64,000 nt of DNA from Elsinoe ampelina. Its lineage: Eukaryota. Below the pieces are notes generated by a model. The model was not told the DNA's origin. It ran no database searches and saw only the letters and a program-made list of their open reading frames with translations. Positions 23,628 through 36,126 of this stretch are shown here, in pieces. The stretch's first letter is position 1. Each line of letters opens with the position of its first letter. The translations under genes were made by a program, and so were the position numbers. Location of the stretch: the NCBI GenBank assembly GCA_010093995.1, contig ML992501.1, forward strand, positions 1,080,632-1,144,631. The letters are read 5' to 3'.

Positions 23628-25474
23628 TCATACTTCTTTGGTAGTGTTGCCAGGCGCGATCTTCTCGTCCTCGCTCTCCCTGTCAGAGACTGCCTCGACC
23701 GTCTCTCCTTCAGTGTCTTCAATCTCTTCCGGCAACAGGAAGTTTAGTGCCATATTAATCACGGCTGCGACGGCATAGCCACTGCTCATGATCAGAGAAA
23801 TGGCATCCAAGAATGCTGAAAGTCCTCGATTGTCACCAGAGTAGGTGAAGACATTGTTGAAGTAAGTCGGAACGACAGTCGCTCCGTAGCCGAAGACGAG
23901 GCCAGCTGTCAGGATGAAGCGGTTGCGCCTGTTGAATGGAACACCCTTGGCGATGATAGCCATACCGGAGACGGCGACGGAGGTGAAAAGAAAAGTTGTC
24001 ATGCCACCGAGCACTGGGCTGGGGATTGCGATCAGGGATGCAGCAAATTTGGCGAAGATACCGGCCACGATGAGGAAGAAGCAGCAGCAGTAACCGGCTT
24101 TGCGAGAGGCGCACTTGGTCAGGGCAATGACACCGTTCTATGTTTATTAGTCAATGCTCAAAGAGAAATGCTCAAGTTGTGCTTACATTTTGCGCAAAGG
24201 TTGTGACTGGTGAGATGAAGCACAAGCTTGCCAGAATACCGTTCAGACCATCTGCCAGTACTCCACCTTGGATGCGAGACTCGAAGTTGGGTCCTTCGAC
24301 TTCGATGCGGGAGACGTCGCAGGTAGCAGTGATATCTCCAATGCACTCTGTGGCGCAGATGAGGAAGACTGCGATCAAGGGTAGAATGAGGGGCGGGTAG
24401 ATTGTGAGCTTGAAGGTATGGACCCAAGGGAACGAGGCGACTGGGGCGGCGGCGATAGAACTTCCGTCGAAATAGCCAGTTGCGGCGGCAATGATGCAGC
24501 TTGGAATGTCAGTCTTTGATCACCAATGAGTACAGATGTTTCGCTTACCCAACAAGCAGTCCCAAAACTACAGCGCACGACTTCATGATCGGTGCGCCCC
24601 ATCGCTCGGCGATGATAATAGTGATGAATACTGAAAACCCGAGACCAAGGTACTCAGCGGATCCCCAAGGTAGGGCGTGAGGGGCATTGATGTTGGGACA
24701 TTTGGCGAACAGAGGTGTTGGTGAAGCGTTGGCACACGCACCTGAGCCTCCCATCCAGTTCTTGAACCCGGATTCCACAAGGTGGATGCCGATAAGCATG
24801 ACTACCGGACCAGTGATGAGAGGCGGGAAGATCCTGAGCATGACCTTGGCTGGCAGGAAAGCGATAGCAACTACTACGAGAGCGCAGAGAGCACTAGTGC
24901 CGACCAATGCTCCGTAACCATTTGGGCAAGGAAGCTTGTTCCCTGAAGCGTCTACCGGGCAGAAGCCGTTGGCGTACATCTGGGCGAAAGCTCCCTGTGC
25001 TACTGGGATTGTCGAGAAGGAGACACCCGCCACTGAAAGAAGACCGGTTCCAATATGGTAATTTGTGCCGTAGATGTGGAAGCGGGTGATTTGGACAATA
25101 GAGGCGACCCCAGAAACGATCAAGGCAGTGGATACTAAGTACTGCTGCTGGTCCAGGGTCAAGTTGGCACCTGCTGAACCGCTGAGTAGTATGGGAGGCG
25201 TGATGATGCCCGCCAACATGGCCAGAGCGTGCTGAAATCCGAGCACGAGGGCCAAGAGAAGTGGCATGTCATTGTTGATGCCAAAGAATGGCGTGGCACG
25301 ACGTGGCCGCTTGACAAATGGTATGCTGGGTCGGAAGAGGAAGGCATAGTCGTATTCGCCCACGAGACCTTCGCGCGTGAAGAGAGCACGCTTTGCTCTT
25401 CTCACACGATCGCCAATTGTCTGGCGTGGGGCCTTTGTCGGCACAATCTGAGAGGGACCGAGATCTTCATCCAT
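23628..25474 (-). CDS. Uric acid/xanthine permease, NAT/NCS2 family (UapA/UapC-like); introns 24500-24548 and 24138-24186
   Basis: LGFQHALAMLAG (TM1 QH motif), ECIGDITAT, and the NAT signature FAQN|NGVIALTKCASR rebuilt across intron 2; also VLGGMTTFLF. Confidence 0.95.
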
Positions 25475-26031
25475 GGTAGCAGATGAGATGAGCAGTAGTT
25501 GGTGATAAAGGAAGATCAGAGATGCGTGTTGTAGGAGCAGTAAAGGAGCGACAGAGAGCTATACTTGTACCTTACCCACCGTTTCCGATATCTCGAACCG
25601 TTGCGGTTCGACTGTTGAGCTCTAAAACCGTGTGTGGTGGGGGAAGAAGGATCTGCCACGCAGATGCTGGATCCGTCGGCGCCCTCCAGACAAGCAAGGC
25701 GATGGCCGCCGATTGCAGATCATCGTGGGCTGCAGCCACATGATAAGCTTGCATGAACGATGCTTGAGGGGCCGGTGTCGCGGTGTGGAGGGAGGGATGC
25801 TCAGGCCCTCAGGGATCGTTCTTATCAGCGACCAAAACAACTCCGGCGCGTCGTGCGATTCCGGCCGAAACCGCGGCCGGCTGCGACGAGTCAGAAATAA
25901 TGGTCAGGGATATTTATACTGGACAACCTCACACGTCGGGCCTCTCATCAAACACCAGCAACATTTTGCGCCATTCTCCGAGCAATTCCGAATACACGAG
26001 CACATCTGCATCTTGTCGCTAGTCCTTCACA
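25475..26031. promoter_or_regulatory. Bidirectional promoter of permease and xanA, with a UaY/Ppr1-type CGG-N6-CCG core and GATA sites
   Basis: CGG-CCGAAA-CCG at 25862-25873; TGATAA at ~25502 and 25741; TTATCA at ~25822; perfect inverted repeat TCGAACCG-ttg-CGGTTCGA at 25593-25611. Confidence 0.6.
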
Positions 26032-27284
26032 ATGGCTGTCGTCGAACCACTGCAACATCCCGCACAATCCAACCCGCTCGGTGCAGTTGTCTCTGGGGTA
26101 GATATCGAACATCTATCAGGTATGTACTTGGCCCCGAATGTGTCTATGTGAATGATGTGATACTCTTTGGGAGACCACCCGTAAAATCGGTAACCTCCTC
26201 GGTAAGTTAAGCCAGCTAACCTTCTGCTGGACTGAGCTGACTTTTGGTAGATGCCGACTTTGATGTCATTCGTGGTGCGCTGTACAATTACCAAGTCGTC
26301 GTCTTGAAGGATCAATCCAACGCATCCCCCAAGGCTCAGTACGAGATCACGCAGCGATTTGACCCTGCAGCCACCGCCTCCTACGGTCACGGCAAGACAC
26401 TCGATGCGAAAAGGTCCATCTTGCACCCGGACTTGAAGACCATACCCCATCAGCCCCAGGTACAAGTCATTGGGAACGGCTTCGTTGAAGAGTATGAGGG
26501 ACTCAAGAACATCAAGCTCAAGCATCCGCACCACAAGACTTTCCATGCTACGGCCATTCCGGATGAAGATGATCTCGATTTCACTCGGTTCTATCGATGG
26601 CACATCGACGCAGCGCTCTATGATCTTGCACCGCCTGTCGTTACCAGCTTACTTGCTGTACGCGTACCGGGTGGTCGCAAGCAGACTCTGCGTTATGATG
26701 ACGGTTCCAACGAAGAGCTCACCGTTCCGCTTGGCACGACGGCATTCGTCTCTGGATACGCCATGTACGACGCTCTATCACCTGAAGATCAAGCTTTTGC
26801 CCGAACCACCAAAGTCGAGTACGCACCACATCCTTATGTCTGGATGAGCAGTGCCAAGTCCAGATCCGATGGTCTTGGACTGATCTCAGAAGGCAAGGAG
26901 GTACCTCTCAATGACCTCCCACCCATCGAAGAGGAGAAGATTCAGGTACTGCCAATCTGTTGGCGCAATCCAGTCACCGGGAAGCTGGCGATTCAGGTCC
27001 ACCCTTCAGCTGTTCGGAAGTTGCATCTCAAGGATGGCACAGTCATTGATAATCTAGCCGAAGTCCGCGAGATTGTGCATCGACTACAGAGGCCTGGCAT
27101 CTCTCCAGATTTGGTGTACGCACACGACTGGCAAGCTGGAGATCTCGTACTGTTTCACAACCGAGGGGTCCTGCATTCGGTGGTGGGTGCTTTTGCTGAG
27201 GAGGAAGTAAGGCTGTTCAGGCAGTGCAACATCGCTGCGAGTCACTTTCCCGAAGGTCCGTTGGAGATTGCCGGATTGGCATGA
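26032..27284 (+). CDS. xanA: Alpha-ketoglutarate/Fe(II)-dependent xanthine dioxygenase (TauD family); intron 26120-26250
   Basis: YGHGKTLDAKRSILHPDLKTIPHQPQVQVIG, FYRWHIDAALY (HxD), YAPHPYVWMS and LFHNRGVLHSVVGAF closely match my recollection of Aspergillus XanA. Exon 1 is MAVVEPLQHP...DIEHLS. Confidence 0.95.
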
Positions 27285-28039
27285 AATTGGCATGATTCTT
27301 GTAGACCAAAAGACTGATCTTATATGTATTCATTTGTCAGTTAGGCGCGACAGGTCAATAATTCAGATACTATCATGCGAATTGTGCTTCGCCTGTGCTC
27401 TGGTCAGCGAGGGATGAAGTTGTGGCGAAGTAAATATTTGTAGTCTATGCTGGTCCGATTTGCGAGCTTACTAACCTGGAGGCAATTCTTGAAAGGTGGG
27501 CCCTTGGTGGGTCAAAAGGTTCGTGGTCTCAGATCTCAAATCTCAAATCTCGATATCATTAACTTCCTCTCCCATCATTCGACCTACAGTTGCAGAGCAT
27601 GCAGAATCGTCCATAAAAGGTCATCGCAGCATTCGCCATGTCACAGGTAGCCGTCACGTGAGCTTGCAAGATCCCAAAAGATGTTAGCCGTGGCAACATG
27701 CGACGCCCGTCGCAGTCTGGTCGTCAAGAGAATGCATGCGCTGCGTGTGGCGTTTAGCGGGCCAATTATATAGCTCGCATTGCGGGCTGCGAAATGTCGA
27801 TCGAGACACGACATCCCACCCTGCTTGACTGACGCATTCGTGCCGCACTCGTGCCGCACCTGTGCTACCATACACCAGGCATGTCGAAGCCTCATGAATT
27901 TCGCCTCTCGATGACAACTTGAGACGAAACATCATCACGGCCGCTAGCTTCCAGGGACTCTGCCCTTCTGTATGCTTCGCGCTGATGAAGCAAGTTGATC
28001 AGCTATCCAAAACTCGGCCGGAACCACTTGCCACAAAGA

Positions 28040-31000
28040 ATGAATCCCGTCAATGCCGACAGGCCTCAATGGCAGCCAAGTTCCAGTCCCCAGGAACGAT
28101 ACCGGACTGTACGAAGTCATTATAGGATGGGCATCCTATGTGCTCTTCCCGTCGAAAAGACTGCAGTGGAATTCATGCTGGACACTGTCCATGAGCCAGT
28201 CCCACCGCTTGATGGTGATCCCAATGTTTATTCATATGGAGAAATACAGGGCTCCTACGTTGTCATTGGTGTTCTACCAGCAGGTCTGATGGGGAAGCTC
28301 AGCGCCTCACAAGTTGCCTCGGAAATGCGTCATAGCTTTCGAATGCTCGAATTCCTCTTGATGGTCGGCATAGCAGGGGGGGCCCCAACCGATACAGACA
28401 TCAGACTGGGCGACATTGCCATCAGTCAGCCTGCAGGTCGCTATCCAGGAGTGGTTGAATGGGATCGAGGCAAGCTGGGCGTTCACGAGCGCCAAGTAGT
28501 TGCTGCGCATAATTTGCCCTACTCCAAGTTACTCTCCATCGTCCAACAGCTGAAACGCTGGCCTGCAGAGACTCAATTAACCATTGCTGCTCATATGGAA
28601 TCAGCATTGGGTCGGCAAACCGCAGCCTGCCAAACCTTTTACGCACGCCCAGATCAGGGAAGTGACTGCTTATTTCAATCAGACTACATCCATCAAGGCG
28701 GCAGTGACTGCCATACTTGTGATCGAACGCAAGTCGTCGCTCGTCGCGAAAGGCACCATCAGCTTCCGGAGCTCTTCTATGGCAACATCGGGTGCGGGGA
28801 CAGCGTCATCAAGAACGGGACCGAACGTGATAAGATAGCTAAAGATCATGACCTGATCTGTTTCGAGATGGAGGCCGCGGGCGTCGCCAAGCACTATAGA
28901 TACCTCATCATCCGAGGCATCTGTGACTATGCAGATTCACACAAGTCGAAGCAATGGCAACCTTACGCTGCATTGGCCGCAGCCGCATATGCTAAAGAGG
29001 TTATCCGACTTGTGCAGAGACACTTCAAGCCCGATCTCACCCACCTTTCTGATTTAGGCGTCCTCGCACATCAAGCAATAGACGATGTCAATGCTTCTGG
29101 CTCATTTGTCGATGGTTCGGTGGACGGCGGGCGCACGGTATACTCGCGCACTTTTGATAGAAGCGCCACAGACTTCATGACGGCACGTACAAGTACCCAC
29201 ACGCACGGACAGCATCGACCGGTGGCATTCGGAATCACCGACAAAGGTGAGATATCTCTCTGGCCCCACGGCACCATCGACTTACTAATCGCACACCAGC
29301 TTGCCTCGAATCTCTACTGTTCCCGAGAATGAAGGATCGTGAGCATGCAATCACCGCAAATACTGACGGGACATATTCTTGGCTGCTCAGGAATCAGGTC
29401 TTCCAATCATGGTGGACGTGCGGAGGCCTTTTGTGGCTCTCGGGGAAGCCGGGTAGCGGGAAGTCTACGCTGATGAAGTACGGATTGAGTTCCATGAGAA
29501 TCTCCGCGTACTACGGATCATACAAAGCTGCAGTTCCGCAGCAAGATCTGTCAACTGGCCCCGATCTGACCACACGAGTCGTCATCTCCCACTTCTTTGA
29601 CTCTGCTCGGCCGGGAATCAATAACAGTATTGGTGGCATGCTGCAGTCGTTGTTGTATCAAATATTGGCTAAAGTTCCGGAACTACAAAATGACTTCACA
29701 GAACGTTGCAGGATTTACTGCACCGAAGCCCACTGCCCAATTGATGACTGGATCTGGCCTACCACGATCTTACAGGAGGAGCTCAAACACTGCATTCGTG
29801 ATGCCTCTCATCTTCGCAAGCTTCACATACTGGTAGACGCTCTCGACGAATGTGAGGACACCAACACTGGTCGTTTGATACAAGCAATGTTTCAAAGCGT
29901 CGCGGAAGCCAATGCAAAGGCGAAATTTCCGGTCGGTATCTGCATTGCATGTAGACCATACCCCAACATTATGACGCATCATCACAAGAAGATCGTTGTC
30001 GACGAGCACAATTCTGACGACATCACCCTATTCGTCTCGTCTTTCTTGAAGGACAGCCATGGCGATTTGATCGATCTGATCAGTAATAAATCCATGGGTG
30101 TATTCCAGTGGGCCAAACTGATGGTGCCAAGAATCCTCGATGTTCATGGTGAAGGAGGTGATACCGAACAGGAAGTTTTCAAGACCCCTCAAGAGCTCAA
30201 AGATCTCTATGCGGCACTGCTTCAAGGAGTCCGACCAGGTGATGTTCCGGAGATCCTCCCGATCTTGCAGTGGGTAGGTTTTGCAGCACGTCCGCTGACT
30301 ATTGACGACTTACGAGTGGCACTTGTCGTCGATGCTTCGCTCGACAAACAAGAGTCCCCCAAGGACGTTCATCTCGACGACTATTTGGAACTCAGTGATA
30401 TTTGTACGCCAGCATCGAAATTGGAGCGTCGTGTCCATGGTCTGTCTCGAGGGCTCCTGGAGGTGCGTAGCCAGAACGGTTCTCGTGTGGTGGATTTCGT
30501 CCACCACACCGCCCGAGAGTATACCATCTCTCGTGGTCTCCGACAGCTACTGGCCAAACAAAGCCACGAAAGCCGGTGGAATATCCATGATATCACATCT
30601 CTGGCCAGCCACCAACGTCTGATGAGATGCTGTATCTTCTACTTGGACAAGGTCGCGCGGTGGAATCTGGTTGAAGCAGAAAGCATGCGGGTAGAACTCC
30701 TCTCAAGAGCGCTGCTGGCATACGCAGTGGCATTTTGGACAACTCACGCACGTCTTGCGGACTGCGATTCTACTGCTCAACAGCTGATGCTGTACACTAG
30801 TTGGCCGTCACCTGACTTCATATCACGATGGCGCAATCTCTACCTCGGTTATATTCGTTTGCAAGAAATCGAGACGAATGTCATCAGGAAACCGAACCTC
30901 CTCTTCGTAGGCGTCAAATACAACATGAGAGCTTTGGTCAGGCACATTATGCGGAAATCAAATGCGCCAGGTATTCTAGAGTCACAAGCCGAGGATGGCT

Positions 31001-34000
31001 CGACATCACTGCACCTCGCATCCTTCCAGGGCCACACTGAGATCATGGAGCTGTTGATCTCAAATGGTGCCAGTGTAGACGCAATGACTGACCTAGGACA
31101 CAGCGTTCTCCACTACGCCGCAAAGGGGGGGAGTGTTGAGGCATTGATGCTGCTGCACAAACACAGCGCTGACGTCAACCACGAAGGCGAACATGGTGAT
31201 ACGATTCTCATGGCTGCTGCTGTCTCTGGGCAGCGACGTGCAGTTCAGTATCTGCTCGAGAAAGACGCCAACATTCATGGTGCAGATCTCAATGGTCGAA
31301 CCGCTTTGCTATTAGCGACACAGGGCGAATTCCTCGATGTTGTCAGACTCTTGCTGGATCGGGGTGCGAATGTAGAATCGAGCGACGATGACATGGAAAC
31401 GCCTCTGATGGCAGCGTCAAGCCGTGGTAATGACTCCATCGTCAGATTGCTCTTGCAACGCGGAGCTGATGTCCACGCTCGCAACTCAGATGGGTGGACA
31501 GCACTCACCAAAGCGGTTTACCACGGCAAACTCAGTACGGTCATGGCTCTTGTGAGCTACGGAGCAGAGATTGATCCGGTTGATAACGAGGGCCTACCCC
31601 CGCTCGGATTAGCAGTCATGCAGGATGACCAGGAGATAGTGTCGCTGCTTCTCCGAGAACACAATCGACTCTCTGACGAACGAAATGAACCTTTCCAACA
31701 AATCATCAGCGCCGCACGGGGCAATCGTCCAGAGTTGATCAGATTCTGGGCTTCGACTCGCCACCTAGATTCTCTCGATTCAAAGGACCAGGATGGCTTC
31801 AATCCGCTGCACCGCGCTATCAAAATTGATGACCTGGAAATGGTGAAACTATTGCTTGACCACGGTGCGGGGATAGAGATTCCAACACCTGACAAAGGGA
31901 CACCGCTGTGTTGGGCAGCATCGCTTGGGCGTCTCCAAGTTGTTAAAACTCTCATTGCCGCAGGAGCAGATATCGAAGGGGTGAGCGACGACAATGGTAC
32001 AGCGCTAGTTGCTGCTGCTTGGGAGGGTCGACTCGATGTCGTCAGTCTCCTTCTGGAGAAAGGTGCTGCTGTGCACAAGACCGATCACCGACAGGTGTCA
32101 GCTCTGGCAGCAGCCTGCTTGAGAAACAATCCTGATCTAGTTCGTCTACTCGTGTCCTGTGGCGCCGAGCCGGACCTCGCCAATGAAGCTGGTGTCTCTA
32201 CAATACATATAGCGGCTAGATTGGAAGATACTACCATCTTACGCTTCCTATTCGACCCCATACGCCACAAAGAGGTACGGACCCGAAATCTGTACACTCC
32301 TCTACATCTTGCTGCAGAAGATGGGAACCTACAAGCAGTGAAGTACTTGCTTGATCATGGTGTAAATCTCAATTCCCAGACATCTGGTGGATGGGATCCG
32401 CTGCACCTTGCCGTCGACTACGGCCATATCAAGGTTGCCAAGGAGCTGCTGGACCGAGGCACAGACCTGCATGTCCGAGGCGCCCACCAGCGGACATCGT
32501 TGATGCTCAGTGCCATGTCCGGGAAGCTGTCAGTCACCCAAATGTTGGTGGCACGAGAAGTGGCTCTCAGCAACGCCGCTCACATAGATGCCCGTGACGA
32601 GGATGGCCTCACCGCCTTGCATCATGCCAGTCTCCACGGGTATGCAGAAGTCGTAGAATGTCTACAACAAGCTGGGGCATCTTTATCTGTCAGATGCAAC
32701 GCCGAGCGAGCAGCCCTTCACTTTGCAGCACAGCGAGGCCACGTCCCAGTTGCCAGATACCTGGTTCAGACCGGAGCTGAGCTGGAAGCGTACTCCGAGT
32801 CATATGGCACACCCCTAGCTTATGCGCTGGTCAATGGTCAAGTTGAGATGTCTAAAGAGCTAATCAAATTGGGTGCTGACGCCAAGTATCGTCACGAAGG
32901 ACGGTCACTGCTTCACATCTGTACGCAAATTGGCACTGTGGAGAGTGTGCGTTACATGCTAGGGGATCTGCAATGGGATGTCAACGATGAGGTAGTCTCG
33001 ACGCAACAAACACCCATGTTTCATGCCGCCAAGTTTGGTAAGGTCGAGATCCTGGATCTTCTCCTTGATGCAGGTGGTGACATCAATGCTAGCAGCGGAG
33101 ACTTCGGACCCTTGCTAATGGTGGCTGTCGCCTTTGACGAACCCAAAATCATCGAACGTCTGGTCGCGCGAGGTGCAGACCTCGAGGTCCGTTTCGAGGA
33201 CTGCACAGCAGTACAATGGTCAGCTTACCGCAACGTACACAAATGTCTTCAGACTCTGATCGACGCTGGGGCCGACATCAACCCCCACCACAAGGACGAG
33301 TCTGAACCACCATTGATACTGGCCGCGAGGAATGATAGCATTGATGCCCTCAAATTGCTAATCCGTCGAGGTTCAGGTGCTACCGAGAGTTGGAAAGGTC
33401 TAACAGCGCTTCAATATGCTGCTCGGAAAAACAATGAAGAAGCTGTGGATGTTTTGTTCGCGAGCCTAGCGAGTTCTCACGAACTTACCGCTTCCGAAAC
33501 GCAGGGAGCTTTATGGCAGGCCGCAGATGCAGGTCACCATACTATGATCAGCTTCCTTGTGGCAAAAGGCTATGACTTGCAAGAAGATAAGGGAGAAGCA
33601 CAAGTCATCACAGCTGCTATCGAGAGTGGTCATCTAAACTGTTTGAAGACATTACTCGATCTTGGCGCAGATCCGCGCAGAGCCGGAGGGCTTCGTAACT
33701 GGCCGCCCATAGCTCTGGCAGCCGTGAAAGGCAGAGCGGATATGATCAGACTATTAGCCGAACATGGTGCATCCTTGGACTTGAGCACTAACCACGGGAG
33801 TGTTCTGGATCTGGCAATCTACTCAAGCAATCGTGATGCAGTAGAGTCCACATTAGATCTTGGAATGGAGCGAGAAATTCGAACGACGCCGCAAGGCCTT
33901 GAAGCACTGGCTATCGCTGCATGGTGTAAACATGTACATCTCCTGCGACTCCTGTTCGATAGGGGGGCCAACATCCAGACTGCCAGTGATACATGCGAAG

Positions 34001-34536
34001 TAGTAAATGAAATCATGAGGACTAACTCGATCGCGGACAACACGCTCACAAGCGAGCTTGTGCAAGTCCTTCTCGATAACGACGTCGACATCAATCCTTC
34101 CGATCCCATAGCAAAGTCGACCCTTGTGATCGCGGCCAAACATGGGAACTGCGAAGGTATCCGCCTCTTGGTCGAGCATGGCGCAAGAGTCGACGAGATG
34201 CGCGGGAAAGAAGATGCAATGTTGTCAGCAGTACTGGCGAACAATCCCGATGTTGTACGAGTTTTGATTGAGCTTCATGCAGCCTTAGACAGCTGTTGCC
34301 AGGGTTCCCTTGTTCCCCTGATTGAGGCTGCAAAGAACGATTCCCTAGAAGTGGTTGAAGCTTTAGTGGAGCTGGGGGCTAGACTCGACGCCACGCACGA
34401 TGAGAAGACGGCCATGGCCTGGGCTAGAGCTGAAGGTCACACGAGGATAGCAGAGTATCTAGGCAAGCGGATGATGACTGATAGAGCACAACAGCTATCA
34501 TCAGAGCGAGGCACGACTCGGATCAGTCAGAGATGA
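28040..34536 (+). CDS. Fungal NLR-like protein: PNP_UDP_1 (nucleoside phosphorylase) effector + NACHT NTPase + long ankyrin-repeat array, ~2147 aa; intron 29247-29299
   Basis: PNP motifs GILCALPVE, LMVGIAGG, DIRLGDIAIS, CFEMEAAG, IRGICDYADSHKSKQWQ. The intron GTGAGA..CTAAT..CAG fuses the two ORFs in frame (TDK-ACLESLLFPRMKDREHAI). Walker A GKPGSGKST, Walker B ILVDALDEC, then more than 20 G.TPLH.AA..G-type ankyrin repeats. Confidence 0.93.
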
Positions 34537-34648
34537 TCAGACTTCCAGTGGCGTTGTAGGTTCAGCAATTACATCTGCAATGACTTGAAGAAACATGGGG
34601 TCTATACTATCTTATTGATTCTCAAACAGATTGGTTGTATGCTGAGTA

Positions 34649-35657
34649 TCATGGCTCATTCTCAAATCCTGGGAGGAACTTGACACCCAGATTGTTGAAG
34701 CCGTGTTTCCGCAAGGTGGGTCGTCCGGCGTTCTGCAACATCTCAAGATCTTGCCGACAGTCAATGTAGAGGCCTCGTAAATCTTTCGCCTTGCCAGACG
34801 AAAGGTATGCTACCGTATTGCCGCATAGCTCCGAAACATCCTTGAAGAGTGGACGAAGGCCATCTTGCTCTTGCAACGACACATTGCCTAAGGTATGTTA
34901 GTAGGAAGAGGGAGGATTACGAGAGCTTAACTTACTCGTCACCATAGCACCCCAAACCGCTCCTGGATGAAGCGAGTACGTATGTACCTGCTCACCCAAT
35001 CCCTCCGCCTCCAGATCTTCTTGCAGACAGCCAGTAGCCCTTGCCACAGCAGCTTTGCTTGAGCAATAGCTCAACCCCGCTTCATGACTGATCGTAGCAG
35101 ACCTCGAAGCTAGATTAATGATGCAGCCCGACTTCCGATCCATCATAGACTGCAGCACCTCAAACACGCACAACATGGTCCCCTTGAAGTTGATCTCGAC
35201 GATGTTCCAGAAAGCGGCGAAGCCCTCCTTGTGGGCCATCTTCCCAGTCACGGCCCCGGCATTGTTGACTAGGATATCGACGGGTCCTAATTTCTCGACA
35301 AGTGCAACGAAGGCCTGGTGGACTGCTGAGGCATCACGGATATCGCAAGCGAAGGTCTCAACTTTGACGCCGTAGCTTTCGCATTTGATCTTCGTCTCCT
35401 GGAGGGTATCGAGGCTGAGGTCTAGCAGTGCGAGATTGGCGCCGGAGTTTGCTAGTGCAATTGAGATTGCTTGACCAATGCCTTAGGTGAGGTCAGCGAA
35501 TATACCTGGAGGAAACGCCGAAACTTCAACCTCTGTGAGCTCCTGTTACCACTGCGACTTTGCCTTTGTTGACGCCAGCTAGACGCTCTGGCAGTATTGG
35601 ACCATATGGCTCGTGCTTGAGAGGGATCGTTGAAACGCCAAAATCTTTGGGATCCAT
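34649..35657 (-). CDS. Short-chain dehydrogenase/reductase; introns 35482-35530 and 34888-34935
   Basis: MDPKDFG..KGKVAVVTGAHRG|IGQAI (TGxxxGIG), DILVNNAG, IINLAS, YCSSK (YxxxK), LHPGAV. The first intron donor is the weak GTTGAA. Confidence 0.88.
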
Positions 35658-35736
35658 TCTCAAGAGGCAAAGGTACGTTGTCGTCGCGATTTACCTGATT
35701 TCGAATTGACACTCTCTACCTGAAGTTGGTTCTTCA

Positions 35737-35984
35737 CTCCACTTGTGTTCATTCACATTTCTGCAAGATGTTGCCTTTGCTAAATCTGTCAGCATGCCGG
35801 TTCGCTCACCCCTCAAACCCCGCCCCCACCTTCTCCTCGGCGGCATTGAACCCTGAGATCGCGCCCCCGAACATGCGGGGTGTTTCAACGATCATGCACA
35901 TGCATCTCCCCGCCCCCACATCTCCACTTCTGTTACCTCTGCTGCTGAATACACAATTGCGGAGCATGCAAGACGTGACTCCAC
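35737..35984. promoter_or_regulatory. Cluster of CreA/Mig1-type SYGGRG sites in the SDR/P450 divergent promoter
   Basis: CYCCRS/SYGGRG at 35737, 35818, 35824, 35875, 35908, 35914, 35922 and 35979. The 12-mer CCCCGCCCCCAC occurs twice. Confidence 0.5.
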
Positions 35985-36126
35985 GGATAGTGCAATGCAG
36001 GTCGCGTTGTGCCAGGAATAGCGCGGTGTCCGTAACTCAACGGCTCTAATTCAATAATCAGATTGACATCCTCATTGCCACTACTCGAAGCCTCTCAAGG
36101 AAATACACTCAAGCTGAGATCCGAGT

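Noticed and set aside
25593..25611. GGTTCGA as a tRNA T-loop
   Set aside because: No cloverleaf or A-box context; it is one arm of a short palindrome in a promoter.
27838..27859. Tandem 11-mer TCGTGCCGCAC x2 upstream of the NLR
   Set aside because: Only two copies; compatible with chance slippage, not an array or element end.
27995..29332. Stand-alone nucleoside phosphorylase as a third member of the purine catabolic cluster
   Set aside because: It splices in frame to NACHT-ANK and has the NLR-type PNP_UDP signature; adjacency to xanA is most simply coincidence.
35482..35530. Possible stwintron in the SDR first intron (weak GTTGAA donor, internal CAG|GTATAT)
   Set aside because: The sub-introns would be only ~25 nt, too short; a single 49-nt intron restores TGxxxGIG.
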